Of a DNA stretch of 64,000 bases, positions 13,618 to 25,062 are shown piece after piece. How positions within the stretch are numbered: the first letter of the stretch is position 1; every line of letters begins with the position of its first letter. Below the pieces are notes generated by a model. The model had not been told where the DNA came from and searched no databases. It saw nothing but the letters and a program-made list of their open reading frames with translations. Position numbers and translations under genes: made by a program. Source of the stretch: Podarcis cretensis (Eukaryota); contig OX638161.1 of assembly GCA_951804945.1 (NCBI GenBank), positions 29,388,001 to 29,452,000 of the forward strand. The letters are read 5' to 3'.

Positions 13618-13626
13618 TGTCTGTCA

Positions 13627-13662
<36 letters not shown>
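13577..13662. repeat. Compound (GT)n(CTGT)n microsatellite
   Basis: Direct reading. Confidence 0.95.
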
Positions 13663-13666
<4 letters not shown>

Positions 13667-13784
13667 CCTGCTTGTTGGATCTCTCCCTTCTGTTGTTTTT
13701 GACCCAGCATTCAGGAAAATCCCAATTTGCATACTTTGTGTATCTATATAGAGAACTGCAGGAGCAGCCAAAACTTTGCAGGTA

Positions 13785-13999
13785 CAGTAGTACCTTGGGT
13801 TACATACTCTTCAGGTTACAGACTCCGCTAACCCAGAAATAGTACCTCAGGTTAATAACTTTGCTTCAGGATGAGAACAGAAATCGTGCAGCGGCAGCAG
13901 GAGTCCCCATTAGCTAAAGTGGTGCTTCAGGTTAAGAACAGTTTCAGGTTAAGAACAGACCTCCGGAACGAATTAAGTTCTTAACCCGAGGTACCACTG
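13785..13999. mobile_element. Tc1/mariner-superfamily (Tigger/pogo-like) MITE
   Basis: TIRs CAGTAGTACCTTGGGTTA and TAACCCGAGGTACCACTG; flanking TA duplication. Confidence 0.85.
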
Positions 14000-14827
14000 T
14001 ACAAGTTTGCTGAGCCCAGAGTAGCACATACTTCCAACATGGGGAGAAGCATGAAGCCTCTGGGTTCCATGCATGTTCCCGGATGACTTTGCCCTGTCAG
14101 CTGCTCCTTGTTCAGTGCCTTCTCCCTATCCACAGATCTGTGCACAGAAGCTATTTCCATATGCAGAATACGTTCACTGCTTGCAAAACGTGGGAAAGAC
14201 CAGTACATATTTCTGATAATTTTGAAGGCATAGGCAAAAGAAATTCCAGGGAAGGTTTTGAAGGGAAGTTCAAAAGCTAACAAACCCAAAGCACATTGGA
14301 AAATCTAGAAATCTCCAGGGTTCACTAATAGACTCTCAGTTTCTGATATGATTTTTCCCCTCCTCTTAAAACCAGGGTTGTGGCCTTCCAGACGTTGCTA
14401 AACTACAACTTCCATGATCCCTGTCATTGGGCCATGCTGGCTGGGGCCCATGGGGGCTGGAGTCCAACCACAGGTTGGCCCACCCCTTCTTCAGACTCTG
14501 TAGTAGTGCAGATGGTAGACCTTCCCTAAGAATTTCATTGATGTTTTGTGGAAGTTCCGTCTCCGTTTTTCTTTCGTTGCCCACTGTTAGATTGAAACCA
14601 GCTTTTCCAAGGGGTAGGCACATTTCCTTAAGCAAGGATCAAGAACCTTTGTCAGTCCAGGGGCCACATTCCCTTCCGAACAACGGGGGGCGGGGGGCGG
14701 CGGCACATGCCACTGGCGTGTGATGCTAGAGACAAAAGTGGGCAGAGCAGCGAATATTACCTTCATACAGTGGTAGGCCAGTTTCTGCTCAGATAACCAA
14801 GCACCCCTCTCTATTCTCCATCTAGTT

Positions 14828-14964
14828 CAGGGTTTCCCAAACTTGGGTCTCCAGCTGTTTTTGGACCACAACTCCCATCATCCCTAGCTAGCCAGGACCA
14901 GTGGTTAGGGATGATGGGAATGGTAGTCCAAAAACAGCTGCAGTCCCAGGTTTGGGTAACACTG
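14828..14964. mobile_element. Palindromic hAT MITE, probably nested in an older hAT element (~14633-15110)
   Basis: Perfect TSD atctagtt; long inverted arms. Confidence 0.85.
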
Positions 14965-15902
14965 ATCTAGTTAATCAAGAGGCATTAAGGACACATTCCA
15001 GTGAGGCGGAACCACTCATTGAAAGCAGCAAAGTAGAGCCAGCTGAGAAGCAGAAGGCCTGAGGGCCTGTAGGGCTGCACTTGACTGCTGGGCCAGAGGT
15101 TCTCCACCCCATCCCCTAAAGCTTCCTCTTTTCTGGAATTTTATGGCTCCGAACAAGTGAATAATAACCCATTTCCAAGTGGGCGTGAATGGCTGTGTTT
15201 CTGTGACTCATACTTTCCACTTGTGGCTGCGCAGTGTCAACAAGAAGTTGGACACACACATTTCCCAGGATTTGTGCATGATTGTGAGCTCAGCGTTACA
15301 TTTTACTGCATCACAGGGCCAGAGGCAGTTTTCAAAATTCCAGGGCATAAGAATCAAACTTCTATTTGTTTGTTTTAATGTTTTAGAATTTCTGTTTCTC
15401 CTTCCTGCAAAAACGAGGTCATTAAAAACCATATTTACGTTCACAGCAGAACCAGTGGTATATAACAGTAGATGGAACCATCTACCGTGTTAGTGTAACT
15501 AGGCAGTTTAAACGGCAGTGCAATTGACAAGAGCAAAACAGCGAACTCTTGGAGCCAGAAGCACATTTTATAGGACCAATGTGGCGCCAGGAATGGGCAG
15601 GGAAATTGTATCCCACCTTTTCAGCTGTTGGCTCAAGAGTAGTACACAAGAGTTCTTCAGCATGCTCCAAACTTGCTCTTGGCCAGGCCTAGACTGACCC
15701 AGATTCAGAGATGCAAGAGGTGTTTCAGTTCAGTCTTTGGACAGAAATGTCAAGATTCCTAGGTGCTTTCATTTAGGCACATGAATAACCCAGGAACCCA
15801 AGACCTTCCAGCCATGCTGCGTAGGAGTTCATAGCACTTGCAAGCAAGCAAATGCTGTGACAATTACGCTCTCTGAACTTATTGTAAGCGTAGAGGTGGG
15901 AA

Positions 15903-16040
15903 AGGGGAGCAGGGCCCATTGTCCAGTGGGGAGAGCATGTGCTTGGCATGCATACAGACCTCAGGTTCATTCCCTGGCATTTTGGGTAGCAGAGCTGGGA
16001 GAGGCCTCTGCTTGAAGCCACAAAGAGGCCCTGCTAATCG
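15903..16040 (+). mobile_element. Old tRNA-derived SINE fragment (related fragments near 5375 and 62878)
   Basis: Degenerate head AGAGCAT..GCTT.GCATGCA...GGTTCA.TCCC. Confidence 0.5.
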
Positions 16041-17420
16041 GAGCAGATAAAAATATTTTTTTATATACCCACATTTTGGCTCCAGTACAAGGCGGCTTTT
16101 TATTTCCTAGCCTGGGAAAAGGTGGCAGGTGCTGTGATAGGACCTCTCAGCTGCATTTGCCCAGGCAGTTTGCAGGGTGGTAACCGTCCACCTCTTTCCT
16201 TAGAGCGGACAGCAGTGATTGGCAAAGGGGTGTTGCTAATTGTGTGCTTCTGATCGCAGGCCATTAACATGCAGGTTGTCATTCGCACAATAATACATGC
16301 AGAATGCTGAGTACAAATGCAGGGCAGACTGCAGACTGTATTTGGCAGTGGAGCTGGATGTAATACACACTTTTCTTAATCTGACAGTGCCGCTCTCCAC
16401 TCTGGAGAAATGTGGGCCGGTCCTTGAAATGCCTCTGCGATCCCTGGCTAGCAACTCGTGTTCACATTACTGGGTGATAGGGGGCCACTCCCAACCCCGC
16501 AGTCTGCTGTTTTAGGAGTCTAAGGGGGAGGCATGCTTCAGCTAAAAATTAGAAGTTGGGAGGGTGGATTTCATTAAGGGCCCCCCTGCATGTGTGTATA
16601 GACACACACACACACACACAAACACACCAGTAATTGGAGGACTACTGCCTGCATTACAGCTATATAAAGGGATAAGGAGCTGTTTTATACAGAGTTGACT
16701 TGTTGACCCTTATTTAAACCTGTGGTCCTCTATATGGTGTTGGACCTGCTTTCATCAGCCTAGCCAAATGTCAGAGGTGATGTCCAGCAATATCTGGAGG
16801 GAAGGTCCCCAGCTCTGGTTTAAATTCTTTGTGCTTGTTACCTACGTAAGAATCTTTTAAAATGTGTGAAAATAAAAGGAAAAGTAACACACTTTTACTT
16901 CTAAGCTGAGATGTTCAATCTCACGATCAGCTTCAAGAGGGTTACATTTTTTTCCTAGGAAATTGCAGGGTATGTTGCGATATGTCATGGGATGTGTGCA
17001 TTGATACCTTCTGAGATGCCCTCAGCTGTGCAAGGCACCTTCTGTAAGAAAGCGACTGATCACATGATGAATAATAGAAAGCTAGACATTGAAAACAGGC
17101 AAACCTGCCTTGCTGCCTTTTGTTCCAAAGAAAACCTTCGCTTTTTAAGAGCATTTGTAAAGGTTGAAGGAAATTCTTCTTGGGCATCCCTGAGTCAGTG
17201 GGGCTTTGAAGTCACCAGCCCATGTTCCAGCCTGTTACGTTCTGTGTTGTTTAAGAGACAGAAATGCAGAAGTTGCAAAGACAATAAGCGCCAAATAACT
17301 CTGGGTGATTTTTGCTGCCGTGGCATGTCAAGAGAACCAGGAGAAAAACGATATGTTGGCTATTTTGGAACTGTACAACTTTTGACACATTCCCCCCCCC
17401 CTTTCCTTCTCTACCCATAG

Positions 17421-17536
17421 GGCACATGCCTCTCCCATTCGTCAGAGAACCTTTGTTCATCCGTTGGCAATACCCCAGAGTCCCTACCTGCCAAAACTTG
17501 TGGAGTGCCGAGACCGGTCAATGGAGTTATTAACAC
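17421..17536 (+). CDS. KANSL1: KANSL1 exon 5 (116 bp): GTCLSHSSENLCSSVGNTPESLPAKTCGVPRPVNGVINT
   Basis: Pyrimidine tract plus cccatag acceptor; AC|gtaagg donor; conserved RPVNGVINT. Confidence 0.92.
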
Positions 17537-17696
17537 GTAAGGCTCTTGCAGAGTGCATCCCCCCACCCCAAGGGGAGGGGGGAATTGAGATGATAATATA
17601 CGCTCTAACATTTATGCTCCTCAGTGAGCATCCTCGGTTACGAATTGCCTCTTGATGTACTGCAGCTTGTGTCTGAGTCAAAATCTTCCTGAAGTG

Positions 17697-17885
17697 TATA
17701 GCATTTATTCCGCACCGGTTTATGCCTTTCCGAGAAACGTTGCACGGTCCAAATAGAACAGTTTATAGCATTTGTTCCCAGCACCAGTCTGTACCTTTCC
17801 TAGAAACATTAACACAGCCCACGTTTATAGCTTTTGTTCAGTGCCAGTTCATACCTTTCTTAGAAATGCTATGCAGGCCAGGTAT
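17697..17885. repeat. Three degenerate ~60-bp tandem units
   Basis: Recurring TATAGC.TTT.TTC..C.CC.GT...TACCTTTC..AGAAA. Confidence 0.7.
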
Positions 17886-18712
17886 AATGCTTTGGAGACA
17901 AGCAAATGGAGGCAGGGTATTCTTAAGGGCTTAGAGAGGAAGATTGGCATGGAAGGGAGTTTGGGGGGGGGGGTGCTGCTGTGTGAGGACTGGGGAGAAT
18001 GGAAGTTGTGAAAGAGGACAGTGCTGCCCCAGGCACAGCTTTGACTGAAGGAGGAGCAAAGCTATAGCAGGAAAGAGGAGCACAGCAGGGGTGTGCGAGA
18101 GAAGTGTGGACTTCTGCAGAGGAAAGAGCAAGAGGTTGAAGGTAGGAAGGGCAGGTGGGAGAGGAGAGGCAAAGGGAAGGGTCATGGCTAAGTGGCAGAG
18201 GGCATATTTTGCATGCAAAACCCACATTGTTGAGGCTCCAGCATCTCCTGGTAAAGATGTGAATTAGCTCTTGGCTGAAGATCTGCTGCCTGTCAGTGAA
18301 GGCCAGTAGGGAGTGTCGTTTTAGGGGGTGAAACTAAATTCTTGCAAATTTTATTCAGTGAAGTGTCTTCAAATATGTTTTTGGGTGTGAGGAATTCAAA
18401 TCTGCTTTTATTTTTTGTGATCGGATAACATTTAGCTTGGTAGGTCTATGCTTGATGAAGAAGCACATAAACTGCTTTTGGAAAACAGAATGCTATGTTG
18501 TCGTCGTTAGCAACAACAAATATAACTGCAAGTTCTTGGCAATCATTTTTAATGATTTCTGTGCAGTTTTACACACATTTTACCTACCAAGCAAAACTAA
18601 ATTATATTGTTTTAACAAAAATATATTTTGAATTCCCAAGTCATGTTACAACTTTTTAGCACCCCTCATTGGGGGAACTTGAAAGTTGAAAAATTCAACA
18701 TACCCTGATAGG

Positions 18713-18855
18713 CCAGTCTTTATCAATCTGGTGCTCGCCAGGTGCTTTTTTTGGACTACAATTCCCATAACCCCTGACTAGTGGCCATGCTAACTGGGGC
18801 TGGTGGGAGTTGTAGTCCCAATATCACCTGCCGGGCACCAGGTTGGGGAGGGCTG
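18713..18855. mobile_element. Older palindromic MITE (GGACTACAA.TCCCAT core); further degenerate copies near 14372, 22965, 25960, 26657, 28490, 35865, 43210
   Basis: Shared inverted core motifs. Confidence 0.65.
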
Positions 18856-19119
18856 GGGTGGGCAACGTTGAGCTAAGGAGACCCAGTGCTCTGTCTTGGT
18901 ACAAGGCTCCTTCCTGCGTTTCTAACAGAGCTGGAGAAACTTAGCTTGCCAAGAGCAGAATATTATCCTAGGGCATTAAAGTCTGGGTCTCAGTTCCTCA
19001 TTACTTGGATTTGCTTTCTGTTTTAAAACAACAGGGATTTGGAAACATTTCAGTCATAGTGGGATTGTGGTTAAGCGGTAGAGACACCTAACACTCTGCT
19101 TTTTCCCCTTCTTGGGCAG

Positions 19120-19315
19120 TCTACAGCCAGGCTTGACAGAGCACGCTCAGGGAGACAGCTCAGACGCCGATGAGTTGTTGCGCAAAAAGCAGAGGCTAAA
19201 CGTGGCTTCTTCAGTGGCTGATGGAACCTGTGTAGCAGCCCGCACTCGCCCTGTCCTCAGCTGCAAGAAGAGGCGGCTTGTTCGACCCAGCAGCCTGGTG
19301 CCACTCTCCAAAAAG
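19120..19315 (+). CDS. KANSL1: KANSL1 exon 6 (196 bp) with the WDR5-interacting (WIN) motif [11 protein letters not shown]
   Basis: gggcag acceptor; AAG|gtcagt donor; phase 2/0. Confidence 0.96.
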
Positions 19316-19849
19316 GTCAGTGTGGAAGAAGATGGGGGTGCCGCCTCTTGTCTTTCACTTGGCGGTGGGAATCTGGTTTTGGTGATTTGGGGTGGCAGGG
19401 GAGAGGAGTGACAGCATGAAGCAAAAAAAAAAAAGAATGCAGGATGGATCCATGCAAGAATTTGCCCATGTTGCATTTTGATATCGGTACCCATCTCGCT
19501 GTAAAGTATGTGCTCTGGGCCGCTGTGATGTGCAGATAAAGCAAAGGTTGTCAAACTTGGTGATGGCAGTGAGACTCTGATAAGCCTCCTCCTCCATTGC
19601 TTTTCCTTCTTAGGTGCAGGGTGTGGGTGGATGGGAAGGGAGAGAGTGCCCTGTGCTGTCTTGGCCTGATGACTGGTCAAATGGGCAAGGAGGGGCTTTC
19701 CGCTCCCTTGGCTATGTCTAAAAATAAAATAAAAATTCAATACCAAGTTTATCCAGATTATTTTTAAAAAGCACCCCACCTTGAATTTTAAGAACTCTGC
19801 AAATACTGCTACTTTAAACAGATCTCACATGTATGTGCTGCTTTCTATA

Positions 19850-20180
19850 CAGTGGTGCCTCGCAAGACAAATTAATTCGTTCCGCGCGTTTTTTTGTCTT
19901 GCGATTTTTTCGTCTTGCGAAGCACGGACTTTGGAAAAGCTTCAAAAATCACCAAAGTCTTCAAAAACCTCAAAAAAGGCTACCACACCGCGTGCTATGA
20001 GTTGCTCCTCGAAATGAATGCATGGTTTTAAGAAAAAGGAAACAAACTTGCAAGACGTTTTCGTCTTGCGAAGCAAGCCCATAGGGAAATCCGTCTTGCG
20101 AAGCAACTCAAAAAACGAAAAACTCTTTAGTTTTGCGAGTTTTTCGTCTTACGAGGCATTCGTCTTGCGAGGTACCACTG
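19850..20180. mobile_element. Tc1/mariner-superfamily MITE
   Basis: TIRs CAGTGGTGCCTCGCAAGAC and GTCTTGCGAGGTACCACTG; TA TSD; CpG-rich. Confidence 0.88.
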
Positions 20181-21150
20181 TATTTGCTCATTACAACAAA
20201 GCGAGACAAGGAGCTATATTGAAACCATATTTCCTGACCTATACTGATTTCACGGGGCCCCTCTAATTTTGACTGTTTCTCCAGATAGAGACTGCATGCT
20301 TCATGCCTGCCTTTATTCGCTCCCTGATTCTAGGAAATGAGTGAAGGTGGCTTTCCGCAAGAGCATAAAAACCAGGACTTTCTTATTTTCTGCTTTCATT
20401 CTTGTATTGCTATTTTAATAAGGCTTTGTTACATGTTGTAACCTGATTTGATCAGATAGTCTATGCTACCTTGAGAAAGTACTGTGTTTTCAAAGACTGT
20501 TAACAAACACAAGAAATAAAAAGGCTAAACCTTTGAAAGTTGTTAATATGGGTCCATGATGTCGTCATGGAGATTTAGGAGAAGCAACCCTCCCTCCCCA
20601 GTTAAGGATTGGAGGTGGTGAAGTAGTCTGGAGTTGCAGCCTCTCACACAGCCTCCTATACTCTTGCATAACAATGGTTCTTTAATTAGAATTACTCCCG
20701 AGACAGGTTAAACTGGCTTTGGTGTCCTTCACAGAGGCAAAGAGCAGCGGTCCAGGGTGCCCTGCCTTTATGTTTGAGAGCCTCCTAAGCCCAGAGTGTG
20801 CCCGGAGATGAAATTGATGAATTTAGTTTACCAGAATTGATGAGATTAGATTAGGCCCTGCCATCTCTTAAGGGATAATCTAGGGTGTGTGCTGAGCGTG
20901 AAATGAGCAGGTGCTTGGCTCTCTTGTTTCTGAAAACATTCCGATAGCCAGTGTGGCACAGTGGTTAAGAACGTTGGCCTAGGACCTGAGAGACCAGGGT
21001 TCAAATCCCCGCTTGGCTTTGAAGCGACTAGCTGGCCTACCTCACAAGGATGAAACGGGGTGGGGGGTGTCAAATGGAGGACAGGTGGGATACAAGCATA
21101 ACAAATGAAATAAAAATGACCGTCTCCCCCCATCCCCGACTTGTGCCCAG

Positions 21151-21316
21151 GTCCATCGCAACAGCATGGGGCGGTGCAGCTGCGACGTGAACCCCCTGTG
21201 CGCCCTCTGTGGCACTCGGAGCTCAGTGCCTCCGGAAATCCAGTACGAAGCCCCCTTGATGGAGCGCCTCTCTCAGCTGGACTCCTGCATCCACCCGGTT
21301 CTTTCATTCCCAGACG
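21151..21316 (+). CDS. KANSL1: KANSL1 exon 7 (166 bp): [21 protein letters not shown]...[16 protein letters not shown]
   Basis: gcccag acceptor; G|gtaagc donor; conserved Cys/His-rich segment. Confidence 0.95.
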
Positions 21317-21554
21317 GTAAGCAAGCCGTGTGCAGTTAAAAGGGCACCATGTTTAAATGTTGGTAGTGGGGAAAGAGGACGACATTGAGATTACCTCCCA
21401 ATTCGCCCTCCCTCCAGCTTAATTTGGGGAACTCTATCCAGGTTGCAAGAGAAGCGTTCATTTTGTATATCCAGAAGAGGTTGGCTGGCTCTGCCTGGTA
21501 CTGTGATCCCTTGAAAGTGGAAGCTGTGATGCGCCATGGATGATAGTGGGTCAG

Positions 21555-21592
<38 letters not shown>

Positions 21593-22631
21593 GTTTTTGC
21601 CTGTCTTTTTGAGCCCACAGAGATAGGCACGCAGCGCACCTGGGTTGCAGAGCACAAACCCCTTTATCTTTTTGGATGGGAGAGGCCCGGAGAATGGCAT
21701 TTGTGATTTTGGCTCTCCCGCAGTGCTGAGCTGCTTTGGCACCGATTTCCGGGCATTCCTGACCTAGTTTGTTGATGGCTTCTTCGCTGCATGGCATGCA
21801 TGCTCTGCTGGAGCAGCCATGGGTATCATTTGGACAGTTAGGCAAAGCAGGCGTCTTGTTTCCCTTTTCCCTCCACTGGGCTCTCTCGCCCCACCGTACG
21901 AGTCGGTTCGTCAGAGGTTCTGCCCTCGTCTGGACGAATTGGTATCCGACTGGAAATTTCCAGATGACGTAATAACAACCTTGGTGAGAGAGGATGTTAA
22001 TCAGGGCTTTGAAAACTGCTAGGAGAGTGCCCTCTGCGGGCCCTGGGGAGACCTGCTGCTGCTGCTGCTCGGAAGCACTTGGCTAGATAGAGAGAAACTT
22101 GTCTGTTCTCCCTTTCTCTCCCTCTGTCGGCAGGTCACGATGCCGTTTTGGCGCATTCAGATGCTGGCTGGCAGTGCAGCAGGGAGCTTGAGGAAGAGTA
22201 AACTTAGACGGTTGCGTTTTCAGCTGGGCTTGGCAGATCAGAGAGAATTACTTGACTTAATCAGCAATGCGCTTGCTTGTACCTATTCATAAAATCCTTG
22301 CACCCCCGCAGTGCAAAACCCTTGGATACCTGTATATCCAACAGCTTGCATCTTGCCCCCTCCCCTTGTTTCTCAGCACACAGCCGTAATTGCCAGCTTG
22401 TTATGGATACACTTGCTCTGTGTGGTTTCTCCCCCCCCCCCTTTTCATCCTGGCACCTAAGCGTCTTTCTATTAATATCTCCAACTCACACCCTTTCTTC
22501 ACCTGCTGTCTCGTTGCCCAACTGGCCTTTCTCCCTTAAGCTATTGCCCTTGACCTCTTGTGTCAGAATAGCAGCCTCTGCTTCAACCTTCTCTGCTGGG
22601 TCCTGAGGAGGGACTGTGTGCTACTTGGAAA

Positions 22632-22790
22632 GCCTGGATAGCTCAGTTGGTTAGAGCGTGGTGCTGGTAACACCGAGATTGCAGGTTTGATCCCTGAATG
22701 GGGTAGCTGCATATTCCTGCATTGCAGAGAGGGTTGGAATGGATGACCCTCAGGATCCCTTCCTACACTACAGTTCTATGAATCTATGAA
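22632..22790 (+). mobile_element. Short tRNA-derived SINE with CR1-type tail (Squam3-like)
   Basis: TAGCTCAGTTGG head and TTCTATGAATCTATGA tail. Confidence 0.75.
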
Positions 22791-23314
22791 ATTCCCTTTC
22801 TTTGTATTTCATGGTATCTATGCAGATATATACAGGGGTCCTCCATCAGGCTCCCTGCATCAAGGATTAGAGGGGCTGAAAAACTGTCTTATGACACAAC
22901 TCCTTCTAAAATAAGCAAATTCAGCTTGCAGCAGTCATTCCTACTCGCTTAGGGGCAGGGCAGCAAGCAGATGTTTTCGGACTACAGCTCCCATCATTCT
23001 AGACCATGCTGACTGGGGCTGATGTGAGTTGGAGTCCGTCAACATCTGCAGGGTGCAAGCAGATTGAAGCAGCAGCAACACAGGGATAGATGCCCACATG
23101 TCTGAATGTTCAAGCGTTTGATATCATTGCCCCTATCAGCTGGTGAGTGATCTCATTGTCTGGCTTAGCGCTCCTGGTGCTCCTTACCAGATGAAACAGA
23201 TTGTGGGATGGAAATCATAGGAGTTTGAGACTAGAGAGGCCTTCCTTGTGCTCTGAGAGCCACTACTCTAGGCATGCGCTCTGCCTACTATCCAGAAGTA
23301 GGGCAAGTTTTGAA

Positions 23315-23360
<46 letters not shown>

Positions 23361-24002
23361 ATTTATTTCTTGCCCAGAACTTACAAGCACAGCAACAAAA
23401 AACAAGTAGCAATAAAATCCCATGAAATATACAAACACTTAATCATAAATGAAAGCAGTGCATCATCCCTTATCCGACAGCCCGCTTGAAGAACCAAAAC
23501 ATTTGAAGGGCACTGGGTTTGTGAAGGCTGATGCAGGCTGTATAGATTATGAACTGGTACCTCGAATTAGGCCCAGAAAAAATGAAAGGTAGCCAATATG
23601 GTTGGCATAGCATTGGAGTGAAGCCACAGTTATAAACCTGGCTGCTGCAGGTCACGTCAGTCAGATACCTTCTGCAGATAATACAGAAGATAAAAGGCAC
23701 TCTCAGTGTCTAATATGGACCAAGCTCTTTGTGAGTGTCTTAAGAGGTAGAAGTTGGTAGCTCAGCAGGCACTGCAAACTCCCCTTCTTGTTCTTGAACC
23801 CCAACTTGTATCCTGAAATGTCACCTTTCCACTTTACTTTCAATGTTTTGAGTTTCGAGTGAGCTGAAGTTCTGCATCTTGTTGCGTCAGAAGCAGCCCT
23901 TTTTATTTTTCAAGCAGGCCTTTTTAATTGAATTCTGAAGTTACTGTTTTAGTTTCATTACGACTCTTCGAGATGACTGTGATTAAGTGTGGTGTACAGA
24001 TT

Positions 24003-24005
<3 letters not shown>

Positions 24006-24046
<41 letters not shown>
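24006..24046. repeat. (TA)n microsatellite
   Basis: Direct reading. Confidence 0.95.
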
Positions 24047-24048
<2 letters not shown>

Positions 24049-24876
24049 CTTGCTTCTGGCTTTTGGGAAGTGCAGGGGCAATACTGGTTGTCTTCAAGGG
24101 GAGGGAGAGGGAGGGAGGGAGGGAGCTGGCTGCTACAGACACTGCCTTATTCCCCAGTAGCCTGTTTCCCACACCCAGCTTGCTTTCCCCCTCATCTTCC
24201 GTATGTGCACTCCCCATGGCTCCCCATGTATGCTGGAAGCAGCATAGGTTTTGCACATGAACTCTATAAGCGCACTTAATCTTGATTGCTTGGTGCAGAA
24301 CTTGGAAGGGATCATTTTTGGCATCCACGGAACACAGAAGCTTTAAATTGGGGCCATCTTTAGATTGAGGCAGCATGCGCCCCTTCCTGAAACGGCCAGT
24401 GAGACACCCGTGATCCTGTTTACCCCTGCTCTTCTCCATTAACATGTTCTTGGTTTTCTTTCAAGCAGTCTGGTGTTCTCTTATTTGAGGGAATTTCAAG
24501 CTGCCTCTGGCCAGGGCAGAAATGTCATCTCTATAGGGAGTGGTGGTAGCATTGAGATGGCATGAAGTTACCTGTTCCACTTTTTAGAAGCCATGTTCAC
24601 CTAGTTCTTTTTACAATCTCCTGTGAGCCACCAAATGTACACAATGATGCTTCCGTGATAAAAAATCACTAGCACTTTTGCAAAGCTAAGAAGGGTCCGG
24701 TATGGTTTCAGATTGGATGGGGGACTATGTGTTGAGATGCCTGCAAGACTAGATGATGCTCAGGGTCCCTCCCTAACCTATGACTGTGATTTGTGATCTC
24801 TTCGACATTCAACAAGGATACCTTTTACTACATGCAAGCATGTAGCAATGCCTTCCCCTCTTGCTTTCTCCCGCAG

Positions 24877-25062
24877 ATGTACCAATGAGCTTGCATTTCC
24901 AGAGCATGTTGAAATCGGAGCTGCAGAGCAAGCCCTGCGAGAAGATCAAGCCTCCCAAAAGGCTCACGCTGAAGCATCGGCCCTCCATGCCTCCCACCAG
25001 TTTACCTGACTCCGTGCGCAAGGACCGCCACAAGCTGGTTAACACCTTCTTAGCTGCAGCCA
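24877..25062 (+). CDS. KANSL1: KANSL1 exon 8 (186 bp): (D)[13 protein letters not shown]...[15 protein letters not shown]
   Basis: ttctcccgcag acceptor; CA|gtaagt donor; phase 1/1. Confidence 0.95.

Noticed and set aside
17697-17885. CRISPR-like array (also 50180-50256)
   Set aside because: Eukaryotic intron, degenerate units, no unique spacers and no cas genes.
19147-19779. 210-aa minus-strand ORF (also 31792-32394, 20846-21307, 24809-25360, 27608-28072)
   Set aside because: These overlap KANSL1 exons in antisense, have no recognisable homology, and are best explained as antisense shadows or chance.
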